Numbered from the stretch's first letter, positions 41,708 through 52,191 are shown. The stretch: DNA of 64,000 nt from an uncultured Gemmatimonadales bacterium (GCA_963783385.1 CAWANJ010000001.1:717154-781153); one strand, 5' to 3'. Numbers and translations are program-made. Notes: a model not told the origin generated them from the sequence alone.

Positions 41708-41934
41708 TCTCAACCTCCTTGCTCAAGGTATGGTGAAGAACCTCAAGATTCAAAATATTTGGCTATGCAAGGAGCGCTGTCAGTCTTCGCATAACACGAC
41801 GGGTGCCGCTTCGCCGCCTGCGGCGGCTCGCCCTTCGGGACGCCCGCTCGCTGAGACTCGCGGGCGTCGGCAACCGCGAGGACGTTATACGCCACCGCCG
41901 TGCGAACTGGGATTCCTATAACGGGACAAATACG

Positions 41935-42633
41935 GTGAGAGCGATTGTAGCGGCGTTTCCGGTTGCCATCGCACTTGTGGTCGTTGGCAGTGTCGCCGCA
42001 ACCACGGGACGGCCACGCGCGAACCAGACCATGAGATCGGTCAAGCTCCCGGTCCGAGTGCTGATGACTTCTGATGCCATGTCGGGCGATAGTCTCTACG
42101 CTAACCAGTATCCTGATACTGTTGCGATCATTTGTCCTGAGGAGATGGCCCGGCTGGTCGGAGCGTACGGGGCGGTATATCAGGTGTGGATCGCCCCGAA
42201 GGGTTGGACGGGTGGAGGGGGGATAGGTGCGGATGGCGGTACGGGTGTGAATCTCCATCCCGTAGGGGGTTCCGATACCACCGGTCCGCGCATTGGTATC
42301 ACTGAAGTCCCTGCCTGCCAAGCGTGCATGCTGGGAGGAGCTGCTGTCTACTTTCCCGCCGCAATGTCCGAGTACAATCAGGAATTCAATCAACAAGGAG
42401 AGGTCCCGGTTAGAAAGCCAAGTGGTCTCGTGATCACTCGACTATCCAGGAGCTTGGTGACGTACACCCTTCCAGACGAAGGCTCGCTCAGCGTTCGTGG
42501 AGTCGCATACTTTGACAGCACGCAAACTGCAGACGAGCCGTTCATCGATGCACAATTTGTCTTCGAGCGCCGCGACAGCCTTTTGGCGAGTCTCCTGGTG
42601 ACCACATTCATCAGGCGGAAGAAACTGAAGTAA
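41935..42633 (+). CDS. Secreted hypothetical protein (DUF4850-like)
   Basis: Signal peptide; APKGW...GADG...PACQACM...YFP. Confidence 0.6.
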   Translation: MRAIVAAFPVAIALVVVGSVAATTGRPRANQTMRSVKLPVRVLMTSDAMSGDSLYANQYPDTVAIICPEEMARLVGAYGAVYQVWIAPKGWTGGGGIGADGGTGVNLHPVGGSDTTGPRIGITEVPACQACMLGGAAVYFPAAMSEYNQEFNQQGEVPVRKPSGLVITRLSRSLVTYTLPDEGSLSVRGVAYFDSTQTADEPFIDAQFVFERRDSLLASLLVTTFIRRKKLK

Positions 42634-43017
42634 CGTCAGGAACTGGCGGCGTATAACAAACGGTGGCCGGCTGCGCGGCCTGCGGCCGCTCCGCGCAACT
42701 GGCGCGCACACGTTGCGCATCTGGAGAGCTGCGGTGTCATTAGGCGTTGTGCTGAGACGCGGCCACGGCGCGCCAGTTCGGCAACCTAGGAACGTTATGC
42801 GAAAGCCAGCAAGATCCCCGATCGATGCTTGTAGAGGAAGTCTGGACTTGCTGAGAGGCCAGAAACGGCAGCCTAGGATTGGGCGTTTGAGACTGACGTT
42901 ACGAATGGGCCTGCGGTGCTGATGAGGAACTCTCTCGCGACTCGTACGCGGCAGCCCGGTGTTCGAACACCGCTACCCGAGCACCCTATAGCCGTCGACT
43001 CGCAGCTACCAGAGCCT

Positions 43018-44090
43018 ATGAGGCGCAAGACGAAACACCTACGACTGCGGCTTCGTCTCCTCCTGCTACCGATTGCCTTGGTCGGGTGCCAGGGGCGACG
43101 GTCGCCCCCCTTCCTGCACCCGCCACCGAGGTCCTCTTCCCGGTCGATAGCCTTTCGCTACCCCCGGAACTGTGGCTCGGGTTCGCGGCCGATATGGTAC
43201 TGTGGCCGTCTCATGGCGCCCTGTTGGCCGCTGATGGGGTCGGCAGCAGAATCATCCGTATTGATCTGGCTCGCCGGAGTTCGCAGGTGATCTGTTCGAC
43301 CGGGTCCGGACCGAACGAAGTACGCAATCCCACCGCGCTGGAAGTCGTGGGTGATCGCCTCTGGATCGTCGACAGCGGGAACGGCCGCATCCTGCTTGTG
43401 TCCGCGAACTGTGCGGATGGCCGTTCCTTTCCTCTCGAGGCTCGTGCCTATGCAACCAACACGGCGCTGGGCCCGACGGGTGTCGTGCTCAATCCTACGG
43501 GCGGATTCGACGGCCATTTGCTCACACTCCATGACTCCGCCGGGAGACTGGGCAGTCTGGTACCTGTACCGCCGCTTCTTCTTCCCCTCTCTCCGACGGA
43601 TGTCAAGCGCGAGGTGGCCCGTCACGAGTTGCCCCAGCTGTTCGCCAACAACGTGCTGGTGGCACAGGACGCCTCGGAAGATGTGTACGTCGCCTCTCTG
43701 GGCGCCGGGTGGTTGAGGAAGTACTCGCGCGATTCGACGCTGGTTTGGGGGACGACGCTGGACGATCCGTTGTTCACGAAGCTCTTGGAAGCGTACAGGG
43801 CCCAGAACCTGAACGAGCCGAATCCCCGACGGATACATCCCTACCGACTCTTCGCCGATCTCGAGCTCGCCGAGAAGGACGAGGAGGTCTGGCTCTTGAG
43901 CTCGCCGGACGCCGACTCCGCCATCGTATGGCAGTTCGCCTCCGGGACAGGCCATCTCGATCGGCGCCTGAGCCTTCATGGGGTGTCGTCTCCCGGGGCC
44001 TTGACGGTGGATGACCACGGAGGTCGGTTCTTCGTGATGGCGGACAACGGTGAGAGGGTCTTTGTCTTTTCGACCGACAGCAGCCAATGA
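43018..44090 (+). CDS. Beta-propeller (NHL/6-bladed) lipoprotein, frameshift near 43105
   Basis: LLLLPIALVGC lipobox in one frame; GSGPNEVRNP...LWIVDSGNGRI in the next. Confidence 0.65.
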
Positions 44091-44330
44091 TTAGGATATT
44101 CGAACGGGGGCGGGCCCTGGGAATGCTCGTCGTTGGAGTACGCATATGCCGTTGCAGGGGAGATGCTCGGGCGACCTTCGCATAACACGACGGGTGCCGC
44201 TTCGCCGCCCGCGGCGGCTCGCCCTTCGGGACGCCCGCTCGCCGAGACTCGCGGGCGTCGGCAACCGCAAGGACGTTATCCGAGAGTGGGCCTTTGACGA
44301 TTCGATGCTAGCGGGACGACAAGAGTCTGC

Positions 44331-45038
44331 ATGATCCTAGTCTACTTCGATGAGTCCAAGAGTGAACCGGATCATGAGCACTACCATCTCGGGGCTGTTT
44401 GCGTTGACGAGTCAAACATCAGGGCAGTGGAGGATCGAGTAGCCGACATTGCGAAGCAGGCTCTTGGGAGCTCAGCACTCACGTCTGATACTGAACTGCA
44501 CGCCGCCGAAATATATCACCGAAAGAGACACTTCAAGGACTGGACCGACTTTCAAGACCGTATCGATCTCTTAGGCGAGCTTGTCGACGTCCTGAGCCTG
44601 CCTGAAGTGATGCTGATCGACATCCAGATCAACTGTAAGCTCCTCTACACGAGCCAGCCGGCCAGCGACATAGCCTTCATGTACCTCTGCGAGAAGGCGA
44701 ACAGCCTAGTAGGGGAATGTGACACGCTCGGCATGCTCATTGGAGACCGCGAAAGCGACCGCTTCGCAGAGCGGTATGCTATCGCTCTCTCCGAATACCG
44801 TTTAGAGGGCACAGGCTTCCAGTTTGGACGCGAAATATCGCACTTGGTCGATTCGGTGCACTTCACGCACTCGCATCTAAGCCGCTTACTGCAGCTCGCC
44901 GATATCTATTGCTGGCTCCTGCAGTTTCAACTTCGCAATGCCGACTCCGACAACGTCCATCACCGGACTGTCTTCAACATGCTGGGACGAAACAACGTGG
45001 ACCTGTTCCCAAGGAGGTACAAAGAGTGGCCTCGCTAG
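44331..45038 (+). CDS. DUF3800 protein (RNase H-like fold)
   Basis: LVYFDES, ELHAAEI, LLQLADI motifs. Confidence 0.8.
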   Translation: MILVYFDESKSEPDHEHYHLGAVCVDESNIRAVEDRVADIAKQALGSSALTSDTELHAAEIYHRKRHFKDWTDFQDRIDLLGELVDVLSLPEVMLIDIQINCKLLYTSQPASDIAFMYLCEKANSLVGECDTLGMLIGDRESDRFAERYAIALSEYRLEGTGFQFGREISHLVDSVHFTHSHLSRLLQLADIYCWLLQFQLRNADSDNVHHRTVFNMLGRNNVDLFPRRYKEWPR

Positions 45039-45274
45039 CCCCTGACGGCGGCCACATGACTGGGGCTCAGACGGTCACCACCCTCGGATAACAGGACGGG
45101 CGGCGGCTCGCGCGCTAGCGCGCTCGCAGCAACCTGCGGTAGCTTTTTGGAAACCCGCACCGGACCCGGTGACTGACGGAGGACCGCCCTGCCATGGCCT
45201 TCGGGCCACCGCAGTTTCGCCACCCGCCGGGGACGTTATGCACCACTGCACTTTGCATCGGGGAGCGCCGGTCG

Positions 45275-46219
45275 GTGATTGACATTTTCCTTTCCTATTC
45301 CCATTGAGATGCAGGGATGCGAGATGAGCTTGAGGTACATTCCGCAATTCTGAAGCGCCAAGGACTCGTCCGGCTCTGGCATGACCGTCGAATTGCTCCT
45401 GGGGGGGATATCCGCCACGAGATCGACGCCCAACTTGAGAGTGCCGACGTTATCCTCCTGCTGGTAAGCCCGTACTTCCTCGCATCCGATTACTGCTACG
45501 ATGTTGAAATGACTCGAGCCTTAGCCCGCCACGAGGCTGGGGAAGCTATAGTGATCCCGGTAATACTCGAAGCATGTGAATGGAAGAACACGCCGTTTGG
45601 TGGACTGCGGGCCACTCCCGAGGATGGCAGGCCGATCTCGAAATTCGGCAACATGCATGACGCGTTTCTTCAGGTCACAACTGACATTCGCTGGGCCGCC
45701 GAGCAACTTGGGAAGGCCGAGCAAAGAGCAATGGAACCGGTCGACGCTCAAGAGGTGAGGGCTGACACATCCGTTCGCACCAGCAACTTGAGGCTCCGCA
45801 AGAGCTTCTTGGATCGTGACAGAGATCTCTTTCGAGATGAAGCCTTCGACTATGCTGCAACGTTCTTTGAGAATTCTCTCATAGAACTGACCGCCCGCAA
45901 TCCGGAGATCGAGTATCGCTTTAGACGATCCGGGGATGATGAGTTCACTGTGGCCGTCTACGTCGAGGGAGAGAAGAGGAGTAGCTGCCGGATCTGGTTG
46001 CCCCACAGGGATGCCTTTGGTGGCGATATTGCCTACGCCTCGAGCGAACGGGTAGAGGCGGGAGCTTCAATGATTCGATGCAGATTGAGGACAATGGCTA
46101 CAAACTGGGATTCAGGCCTTTGGGCCTCGCCTACATGGGCCAACAGAGTGATCGAGTTGCTGACACCACATGGCGCGGCAGAGTACTTCTGGTCTGTGCT
46201 GATAGCTCCTCTACAGTAG
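45275..46219 (+). pseudogene. TIR-domain protein with in-frame TGA at codon 11 and probable compensating indels near 46060-46155
   Basis: IFLSYSH*D...LWHDRRIAPG...LLLVSPYFLASDYCYDVEM...VIPVIL. Confidence 0.75.
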
Positions 46220-46229
46220 GTGACGATCA

Positions 46230-46373
46230 ATGGTTAAGAAGCGGTTCATCTGTCATCGTTGTGAGAAGTCCTTTGTGGTGGAAGTTCTTGAGCCCGGTGA
46301 GGCTGAAGCCAAGAACGTGCGACCGGTCCCGGTCAGATGTCCGGACTGTGGAGGACCGGTAGTAGCAGAATGA
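46230..46373 (+). CDS. 47-aa zinc-ribbon peptide (not in the ORF track)
   Basis: MVKKRFICHRCEKSFVVEVLEPGEAEAKNVRPVPVRCPDCGGPVVAE; two CxxC; AGGTGA RBS. Confidence 0.7.
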   Translation: MVKKRFICHRCEKSFVVEVLEPGEAEAKNVRPVPVRCPDCGGPVVAE

Positions 46374-46543
46374 GTCGAAACAAGTCCGGATCAGGCAATA
46401 GCTGCGGTGCATAACAGGTCCGCTGGCGGCCCGAGGCTGTGCCTCGGGCCTACACCTGCCCTCGCTCGTCGCTCGGGCAGGCGTCGCCAGCTGCCGGGAC
46501 GTTAGGCGAGAGACCGCTTCATTTGCTGCAGTCAGGAGGCGTG

Positions 46544-46690
46544 ATGCCAGGCAAGAAGAAGAGCTCGGTCCCGAAGAGGCCGGCTCCCAAAAAGAAGGCA
46601 ACCAAGAAGACCGGGACACACAGCACCGGAGCACGAAAGGCTCCTAAGAAGAAGGCCACAAAGAAGACTAAGAAGAAGCCATCACGCTAG
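46544..46690 (+). CDS. 48-aa lysine-rich histone-H1-like peptide
   Basis: AGGAGG RBS; repeated APKKKATKKT. Confidence 0.65.
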   Translation: MPGKKKSSVPKRPAPKKKATKKTGTHSTGARKAPKKKATKKTKKKPSR

Positions 46691-46745
46691 GTGCGATTGG
46701 CCCGACCCGCCGAGTTCAGGCGATGCCACTAAGCCGGGGATCGGA

Positions 46746-47138
46746 GTGAAGTTAAAGGACGTAAGAGAGGCGTATCAGTTCTACACTGGTAAGGCCAGCG
46801 ACATCGTTCGCCAGCTTTCCTTTGCAGGCTTAGCTACGATCTGGCTTTTCAAGGAAGGGGTCGGGCAACGGCAGCACGTGCCGCACGAGCTCTTCATGCC
46901 TGGGGCGCTGATCGTCTCGGCGTTAGCAGCTGATTTCCTTCATTACCTCGTGGGCTCGGCGGTCTGGGGCTCCTATAACCGCCACAAGGAGCGATCGGGA
47001 ACAGCGGTCACCGATGAGTTCGAGGCACCACCGGCGCTCAACTGGCCCACCATGGTTCTCTTCTGGCTCAAGGTAGCTTTCCTGCTCCTCTCGTACGGGC
47101 TGCTTCTCAGCTTCCTCATCCACAGGATTGTCGACTAA
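46746..47138 (+). CDS. Three-TM membrane protein
   Basis: YTGKASDIVRQLSFAGLATIWLF; three hydrophobic segments. Confidence 0.7.
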   Translation: MKLKDVREAYQFYTGKASDIVRQLSFAGLATIWLFKEGVGQRQHVPHELFMPGALIVSALAADFLHYLVGSAVWGSYNRHKERSGTAVTDEFEAPPALNWPTMVLFWLKVAFLLLSYGLLLSFLIHRIVD

Positions 47139-47275
47139 TGCCGCGCCCCCTCGCCTAACATGACGGGTCCCGGCTCGGACGCTGCGCGCCCTCGCACACG
47201 CCGCCTCGCAACCGCTCGGCAGCGTCGGGACCCGCAAGGACGTTATGTGAAATGCTCATACCCAGAGGCGTCTAG

Positions 47276-48138
47276 ATGAAGACATTCTTCATACGGCACC
47301 GTATCGGCGCTATTGATACAGCCGAGAACCGTGAGCTGTATGAGGCGAATCTCATCGCAATTCATTATCCTGGCGATGGACCCAGGACTCACAAAGCCTC
47401 GATCCCGATGATTACGATAAGAAGTCTGCGCATGTGATCCGACGCTTTCTCGACCTAGGCGTGTCTGGTGGCTATGTCTGGGCGCAGTATCGGGGCTTGC
47501 CGGGTGTTAAGATTGGTGTCATTGAACCAGGATCGAAGCCCGAGTTGCTGCGCCGCCGATGGACTAATCCTCGATACGTGTCGCGACTCGGGGATGTGGC
47601 GATCCTCAAGACGCTTAGGCTAACACGCGTTCGGGAGGTTGGGCCGGGTAAGCTTATGAGTCTCCGGGCTGCCCGACCTCGTCAAGGCACAGTCTGCCAG
47701 TGGCCGAGGATCGGGAGACGCCTCGAGAACATCCTGGAAGATCGACAGCAGGCGCTTCGATGGGAATCCTTGTCACCGGATCAACTTGAGGTCGCCTGCA
47801 GCGAGTTCCTCAGGGAACAAACACAGGCCGGGCTGCCCCGGCTTAGCATGCTCTTGATGCCGCCGGGACGAACCATGAAGGACGTAGACCTTTACGGCGT
47901 CACGCCTGACGACCAAGAAGTTTTCGCACAGGTGACGCAGCGAACAGCGACCGCTTCGAACAGCAAGTTGAGACACCTGCGCGACTATGCGGGGGACCGG
48001 GTGCACCTTCTGTTCTTCTGCGATGTGCGCACCGTGGAACAGCAGGATGGCGTTACGCTGGTGCCGAATGCACTAGTTGATGACTGGCTGCAGGCTAGGG
48101 TTCCTCAGTCACGTCGATTGCTGGATTGCTTAGACTGA
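47276..48138 (+). CDS. Putative PD-(D/E)xK (Mrr-like) endonuclease, frameshift near 47390
   Basis: LSPDQLEVACSEFL...GRTMKDVDLYG...FAQVT. Confidence 0.5.
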
Positions 48139-48352
48139 ACCGCCAGCACTTCACATAACATGACGGCTGCCGCTTCGCCGCCTGCGGCGGCTCGCCCTTC
48201 GGGACGCCCGCTCGCTGAGACTCGCGGACGTCGGCAACCGCAAGGACGTTAACTGACACCGTACCACCTATGCCGGCGCGAGTTGCAGCTGTCAGTGGCA
48301 TGGATGGCGGCTAAATTGAGGGCTTGCATGCCCCTTGCCGGAGGATCGGACC

Positions 48353-48847
48353 ATGGCCGAGTCGAAGCGCCGCCACGCTTTCATTAGCCATCATCATGCC
48401 GACGACGAACACGTCGACCGCATGACCTCCCTTCTGAGCCGAGCTGGGTACGACATCCGCAACAGTTCGATACGTGCCAAGCCTGCTAACCAGCGCCGGT
48501 TGGAGGAGGGGCGCGTCTCTGACGCGGTGATCCGACGCCTCCTCCGAATGAAGATCTCTTGGGCTGGCACGGTCGTGGTCCTCGTGGGGAAGGACACTCA
48601 CAGTCGGCAATGGGTGGACTGGGAGATCAACGAGGCTCACCAGCAGGGTAAGACGATCGTCGGGGTATACACGCGTGGAGGCAAAGAGGCCGACGTGCCA
48701 GAGGCCCTTGAAAAGTATGGCTCATCCATCGTTGGTTGGCACTCCGATAGCATCATGGCCGCTATCGATGGGCAGGAAAATCGGTTTGAGAACCCTGATG
48801 GGACACCGCGAGCGCCCGTCCACGCTGGCCGGTCTGTCAACTGCTAG
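48353..48847 (+). CDS. TIR-like protein (DUF1863/ThsB-like)
   Basis: HAFISHH, VVVLVG...SRQWVDWEI...GKTIVGV. Confidence 0.85.
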   Translation: MAESKRRHAFISHHHADDEHVDRMTSLLSRAGYDIRNSSIRAKPANQRRLEEGRVSDAVIRRLLRMKISWAGTVVVLVGKDTHSRQWVDWEINEAHQQGKTIVGVYTRGGKEADVPEALEKYGSSIVGWHSDSIMAAIDGQENRFENPDGTPRAPVHAGRSVNC

Positions 48848-48852
48848 ATCTG

Positions 48853-49497
48853 ATGCACTGTCTGATGTTTGTGGTCGCCCGAGACTTCGGGTTCGCGCCA
48901 AACCCCTTTCACGGCGTCTGTACCCTAGCAACTTGCAAGCCGGTGATCCGTCGCGTGGCGAGGATCGGGGACTGGCTCTTCGGGGTCGGTGGTGCTCGTC
49001 TGGGCGCCACCGGTCGTCTCATCTTTGCAATGGAAGTCACTGAGACCCTGACGTTCGACCAATACTGGCAAGATCCACGCTTTCGGCCGAAGCGTCCGGC
49101 CCGAAATGGCACTCGGAAGATGCTGGTTGGCGACAACATTTATCACAGCGATCCGAGTACGGGGCGTTGGGTGCAGGAAGACTCCCACCACAGCAATCCC
49201 GACGGCTCGGCAAACGAGGCAAACGTTCAGCATGACACCAAGACTGACCGCGTGTTGATTAGCCAGCGATTCTTCTACTTCGGCAAGGCCGCCCCTGACG
49301 TGCCAGTGGGCTTGGTGCAGGCTCTGGGCTACGAGAATGGACGTGGGCACCGCAGGTACACGTTGGATCAGTTCCAGCCCCTGATGCGTTGGCTCGAAGC
49401 GGAGTTCGGCAGCTCGTTGAACCGAGTGTCCGGCGATCCTTTCGAGTTCGAGAGCGGTGAGCGCCGGTACTCAGTTGCCAGCGACAGGGTTACATGA
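48853..49497 (+). CDS. Nucleotide-modification-associated domain 2 (Nmad2) protein
   Basis: DFGFAPNPFHGVCTLATCKPVIRR...GDNIY...RVLIS...FFYFG. Confidence 0.8.
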   Translation: MHCLMFVVARDFGFAPNPFHGVCTLATCKPVIRRVARIGDWLFGVGGARLGATGRLIFAMEVTETLTFDQYWQDPRFRPKRPARNGTRKMLVGDNIYHSDPSTGRWVQEDSHHSNPDGSANEANVQHDTKTDRVLISQRFFYFGKAAPDVPVGLVQALGYENGRGHRRYTLDQFQPLMRWLEAEFGSSLNRVSGDPFEFESGERRYSVASDRVT

Positions 49498-49501
49498 CGG
49501 T

Positions 49502-50524
49502 ATGGCGTCCTCTTCTAGCGTGCTCTCCGATCTCATGCCGACGGTTGTCTTCGAGACGTATTGGCGGTTCGCTCATCTTAGGCAGGAGATATACTATGGG
49601 CGGCTTCGATCCCTGAGCCCCCCCTGGACGAGCGACTCGATCCTGTCCACGTATCGGTTCACCAACGCCTTCCGAGCGGCCGATCGTGTCAGTCAGTATC
49701 TGATCTCAGAAGTCATCTATCACGACGATCACAGATCCGACACTGCTGACGACATTGTTCTCCGCGTCCTGCTCTTCAAGATCTTCAACCGGATTGAGAC
49801 GTGGGAATTGTTGCGCGAGCGGGTCGGGCGGATATCCGCCGCATCCTTTGAACCAAAACGCTATGCGAGGGTTCTCGAAGAGGAGATGACAGCCGGGCGC
49901 CCGATCTATTCAGCGGCCTACATCATGCCGTCACCTCGACAGTTTGGCGCCAGCCGAAAGCATGAGAACCATCTGGCTCTTCTTGCACAGATGATATCCG
50001 ACCGGGTCGGACCCCAACTCGCTGACGCGGCAGACATGAGGTCAGCGTTCTCGATCCTGCGGGCGTATCCGGGCATCGGCGACTTCCTGGCCTATCAGTA
50101 CGTAACCGACCTCAACTACAGCGAACTGACGGCGTTCTCGGAGAACGATTTCGTGGTACCCGGACCCGGTGCCCGAGAGGGTATTAGGAAGGCCTTCTCC
50201 AGCACTGCGGGACGAACTGACGCGGACGTAATCCGAATCGTGAGCGACGCCCAAGAAGAGCACTTCGCTCGGTTGGATCTGCCCTTCCAGGATCTGTTCG
50301 GACGTCCCCTGATGCATATCGATTGCCAGAACCTTTTCTGCGAGGTGGCGAAGTACTCTCGAGTCGCGCACCCTGGCTTCACCGCCGAGGGGGGACGAAA
50401 GCGTATCAAACAGCGTTTCCGGGCGAAGGGGCAGGTGCCGCGACCTTGGTTCCCGCCGAAATGGGGCATCAACGGTCAGGTAACGGAGGCTCTGGATCGG
50501 CAGGGGGAGGACAAATGGAGTTGA
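49502..50524 (+). CDS. 5-hmdU DNA kinase helical-domain (aGPT-Pplase1) family protein
   Basis: PPWTSDSILSTYRFTNAFRAADRVSQYLI, YSAAYI, GIGDFLAYQ, GPGA, DCQNLFCE. Confidence 0.8.
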   Translation: MASSSSVLSDLMPTVVFETYWRFAHLRQEIYYGRLRSLSPPWTSDSILSTYRFTNAFRAADRVSQYLISEVIYHDDHRSDTADDIVLRVLLFKIFNRIETWELLRERVGRISAASFEPKRYARVLEEEMTAGRPIYSAAYIMPSPRQFGASRKHENHLALLAQMISDRVGPQLADAADMRSAFSILRAYPGIGDFLAYQYVTDLNYSELTAFSENDFVVPGPGAREGIRKAFSSTAGRTDADVIRIVSDAQEEHFARLDLPFQDLFGRPLMHIDCQNLFCEVAKYSRVAHPGFTAEGGRKRIKQRFRAKGQVPRPWFPPKWGINGQVTEALDRQGEDKWS

Positions 50525-51393
50525 GCGAGTACCAAGCTTTAGCGCTCCGGACCGATCAGGCTCCTGCCTCAGAAGGCGTGCCGGAGATAGTGCCCCTGCT
50601 CGGACTCGCCGGTGAGGTGGGTGAGCTGCTTAGCGAGTTCAAGAAGCATTTGCGCGATGGAGAGGCTTATTGCCTGCATCCGACACGTGTTCAGGAAGAG
50701 CTGGGCGACATCCTCTGGTATGTCGCGGCCGTCAGCGATAGATACGGGCTAGAGCTCGAAGACGTGGCGGCGGCGAACCTAGTCAAGTGCGCCCAGACTT
50801 GGTTAGGAAGGAGCAAAGTTCCAGAACCCGCCAGTCTACGCTTCGATCGGGAGTTCCCCGAGGGAGAACGGTTCCCCGACCGCTTCGTAGTGCAGTTCCA
50901 GGAGGTGCTAGAGCGCGGGGAGAAGCGTGTCCGCACTACCTGGAGCGGGGGCCAAGTAGGGCAGACCCTCTCGGACAACTCTCACGAGGACGATGGGTAC
51001 CGCTTCCACGACGTGTTTCACTTCGGGCTAGTTGCTGGGCTGGGCTGGAGCCCTGTTAGTCGCCGTAACCTGGGGCTCAAGAGACGAAGCGTACCATCCG
51101 TCGACGAGGTTGAGGACGGCGGAAGGGCCATAGTCATCGAGGAGGGCATTACGGCGTTGGCGTTCGCCTACGCGGTCGAGCATGACTGGTTGCGGGGCGT
51201 GCGGCGAGTGGATCATGACTGGCTCCGGTTAGTGATGAAGATGACGTCGCACCTGGAGGTGGCGGAATGCTCTCTTGCTGAGTGGGAGGCAACCGTCTTA
51301 ATGGCGTGCCCCGTCTGGAAGACGATCAACGATCGGCGCGGAGGCAAGGTGGAGGTGGATCTGGAGAGCAGGCGCTTACGTTACCTGGAGTAG
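50515..51393 (+). CDS. MazG-like NTP pyrophosphohydrolase with C-terminal extension
   Basis: LGLAGEVGE...EELGDILWY; DGYRFHDVFH; DEVEDGGRAIVIEE. Confidence 0.85.
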   Translation: MELSEYQALALRTDQAPASEGVPEIVPLLGLAGEVGELLSEFKKHLRDGEAYCLHPTRVQEELGDILWYVAAVSDRYGLELEDVAAANLVKCAQTWLGRSKVPEPASLRFDREFPEGERFPDRFVVQFQEVLERGEKRVRTTWSGGQVGQTLSDNSHEDDGYRFHDVFHFGLVAGLGWSPVSRRNLGLKRRSVPSVDEVEDGGRAIVIEEGITALAFAYAVEHDWLRGVRRVDHDWLRLVMKMTSHLEVAECSLAEWEATVLMACPVWKTINDRRGGKVEVDLESRRLRYLE

Positions 51394-51445
51394 TCGTTCA
51401 GCTGCGAGTACTAGGTACCTCCAGGTCATACCTAGGAGTAACACG

Positions 51446-51916
51446 ATGAAGTGGCGAAAGTGGCTCGAAAACTGGGATATGACCTCCTTGAAGATCACGG
51501 CTCCATTCCTTGAGATGGAGTGGAACCCATCTGAGCCAGATCGCGACGCGGCGTGGGACATGTACATCGAGCTCTTGACGCGCGTTGCTATCCAGCCGCT
51601 CAGCGAAACGGGCGGCGATGAGCGCGCAGCGCTGGAGAGTGTGTACTCCTTGTTCCCAACGACTCGCGCAATCATCCGCGCTCGAGGCCGAGATTCCATC
51701 GAATTCACGAAGTTGGCCGTCGTCGTCCTGAATCAGGTGATCCGGCCCTTCACGACTAAGTGGCACAAAGCGTCGACATCTGGAGATCTTGAGGGTCCGG
51801 TCGTTATCCAGGAATTCCGACGGGAACTTGGGGATCTTCGTGAAGCCCTCGTGCGATACTCGAAGATGCTTGCCGACATGGCAGGGGTTGAAGACCTGAC
51901 GCAGCTCGAAGGCTAG
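51446..51916 (+). CDS. Hypothetical protein, last gene of the five-gene cassette
   Basis: AAWDMYIELLTRVA...LNQVIRPFTTKWH; AGGAG RBS. Confidence 0.7.
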   Translation: MKWRKWLENWDMTSLKITAPFLEMEWNPSEPDRDAAWDMYIELLTRVAIQPLSETGGDERAALESVYSLFPTTRAIIRARGRDSIEFTKLAVVVLNQVIRPFTTKWHKASTSGDLEGPVVIQEFRRELGDLREALVRYSKMLADMAGVEDLTQLEG

Positions 51917-52191
51917 GCATCGACTGTTCGAAGGCGGCCGCAAGGCCGCGGCGTCAGTTAACACACGGTGAGCGCCTGCGCGGCTGCGCCGCTCCGGGCC
52001 TTACGGCACACCGAATCCTCAGCGCCGCTGTGCGGCGCCTGCGGTTCGGCGTCGCTCACCTAGAAACGTTATGCGGCATCGCCGGAAACGGTGAGCCGAC
52101 TGTGCGGTCCTATAATGGTTGGCGACTTCTACCTTCAGTGCCAAAGTGACGGAGAACGGTGTCCCTGTTGGTTATTCGACGGTGCAGTCAA

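Noticed and set aside
48353-48847. Calling the TIR cassette a Thoeris system
   Set aside because: No ThsA-type (SIR2/Macro/TM) effector is recognisable in the cassette
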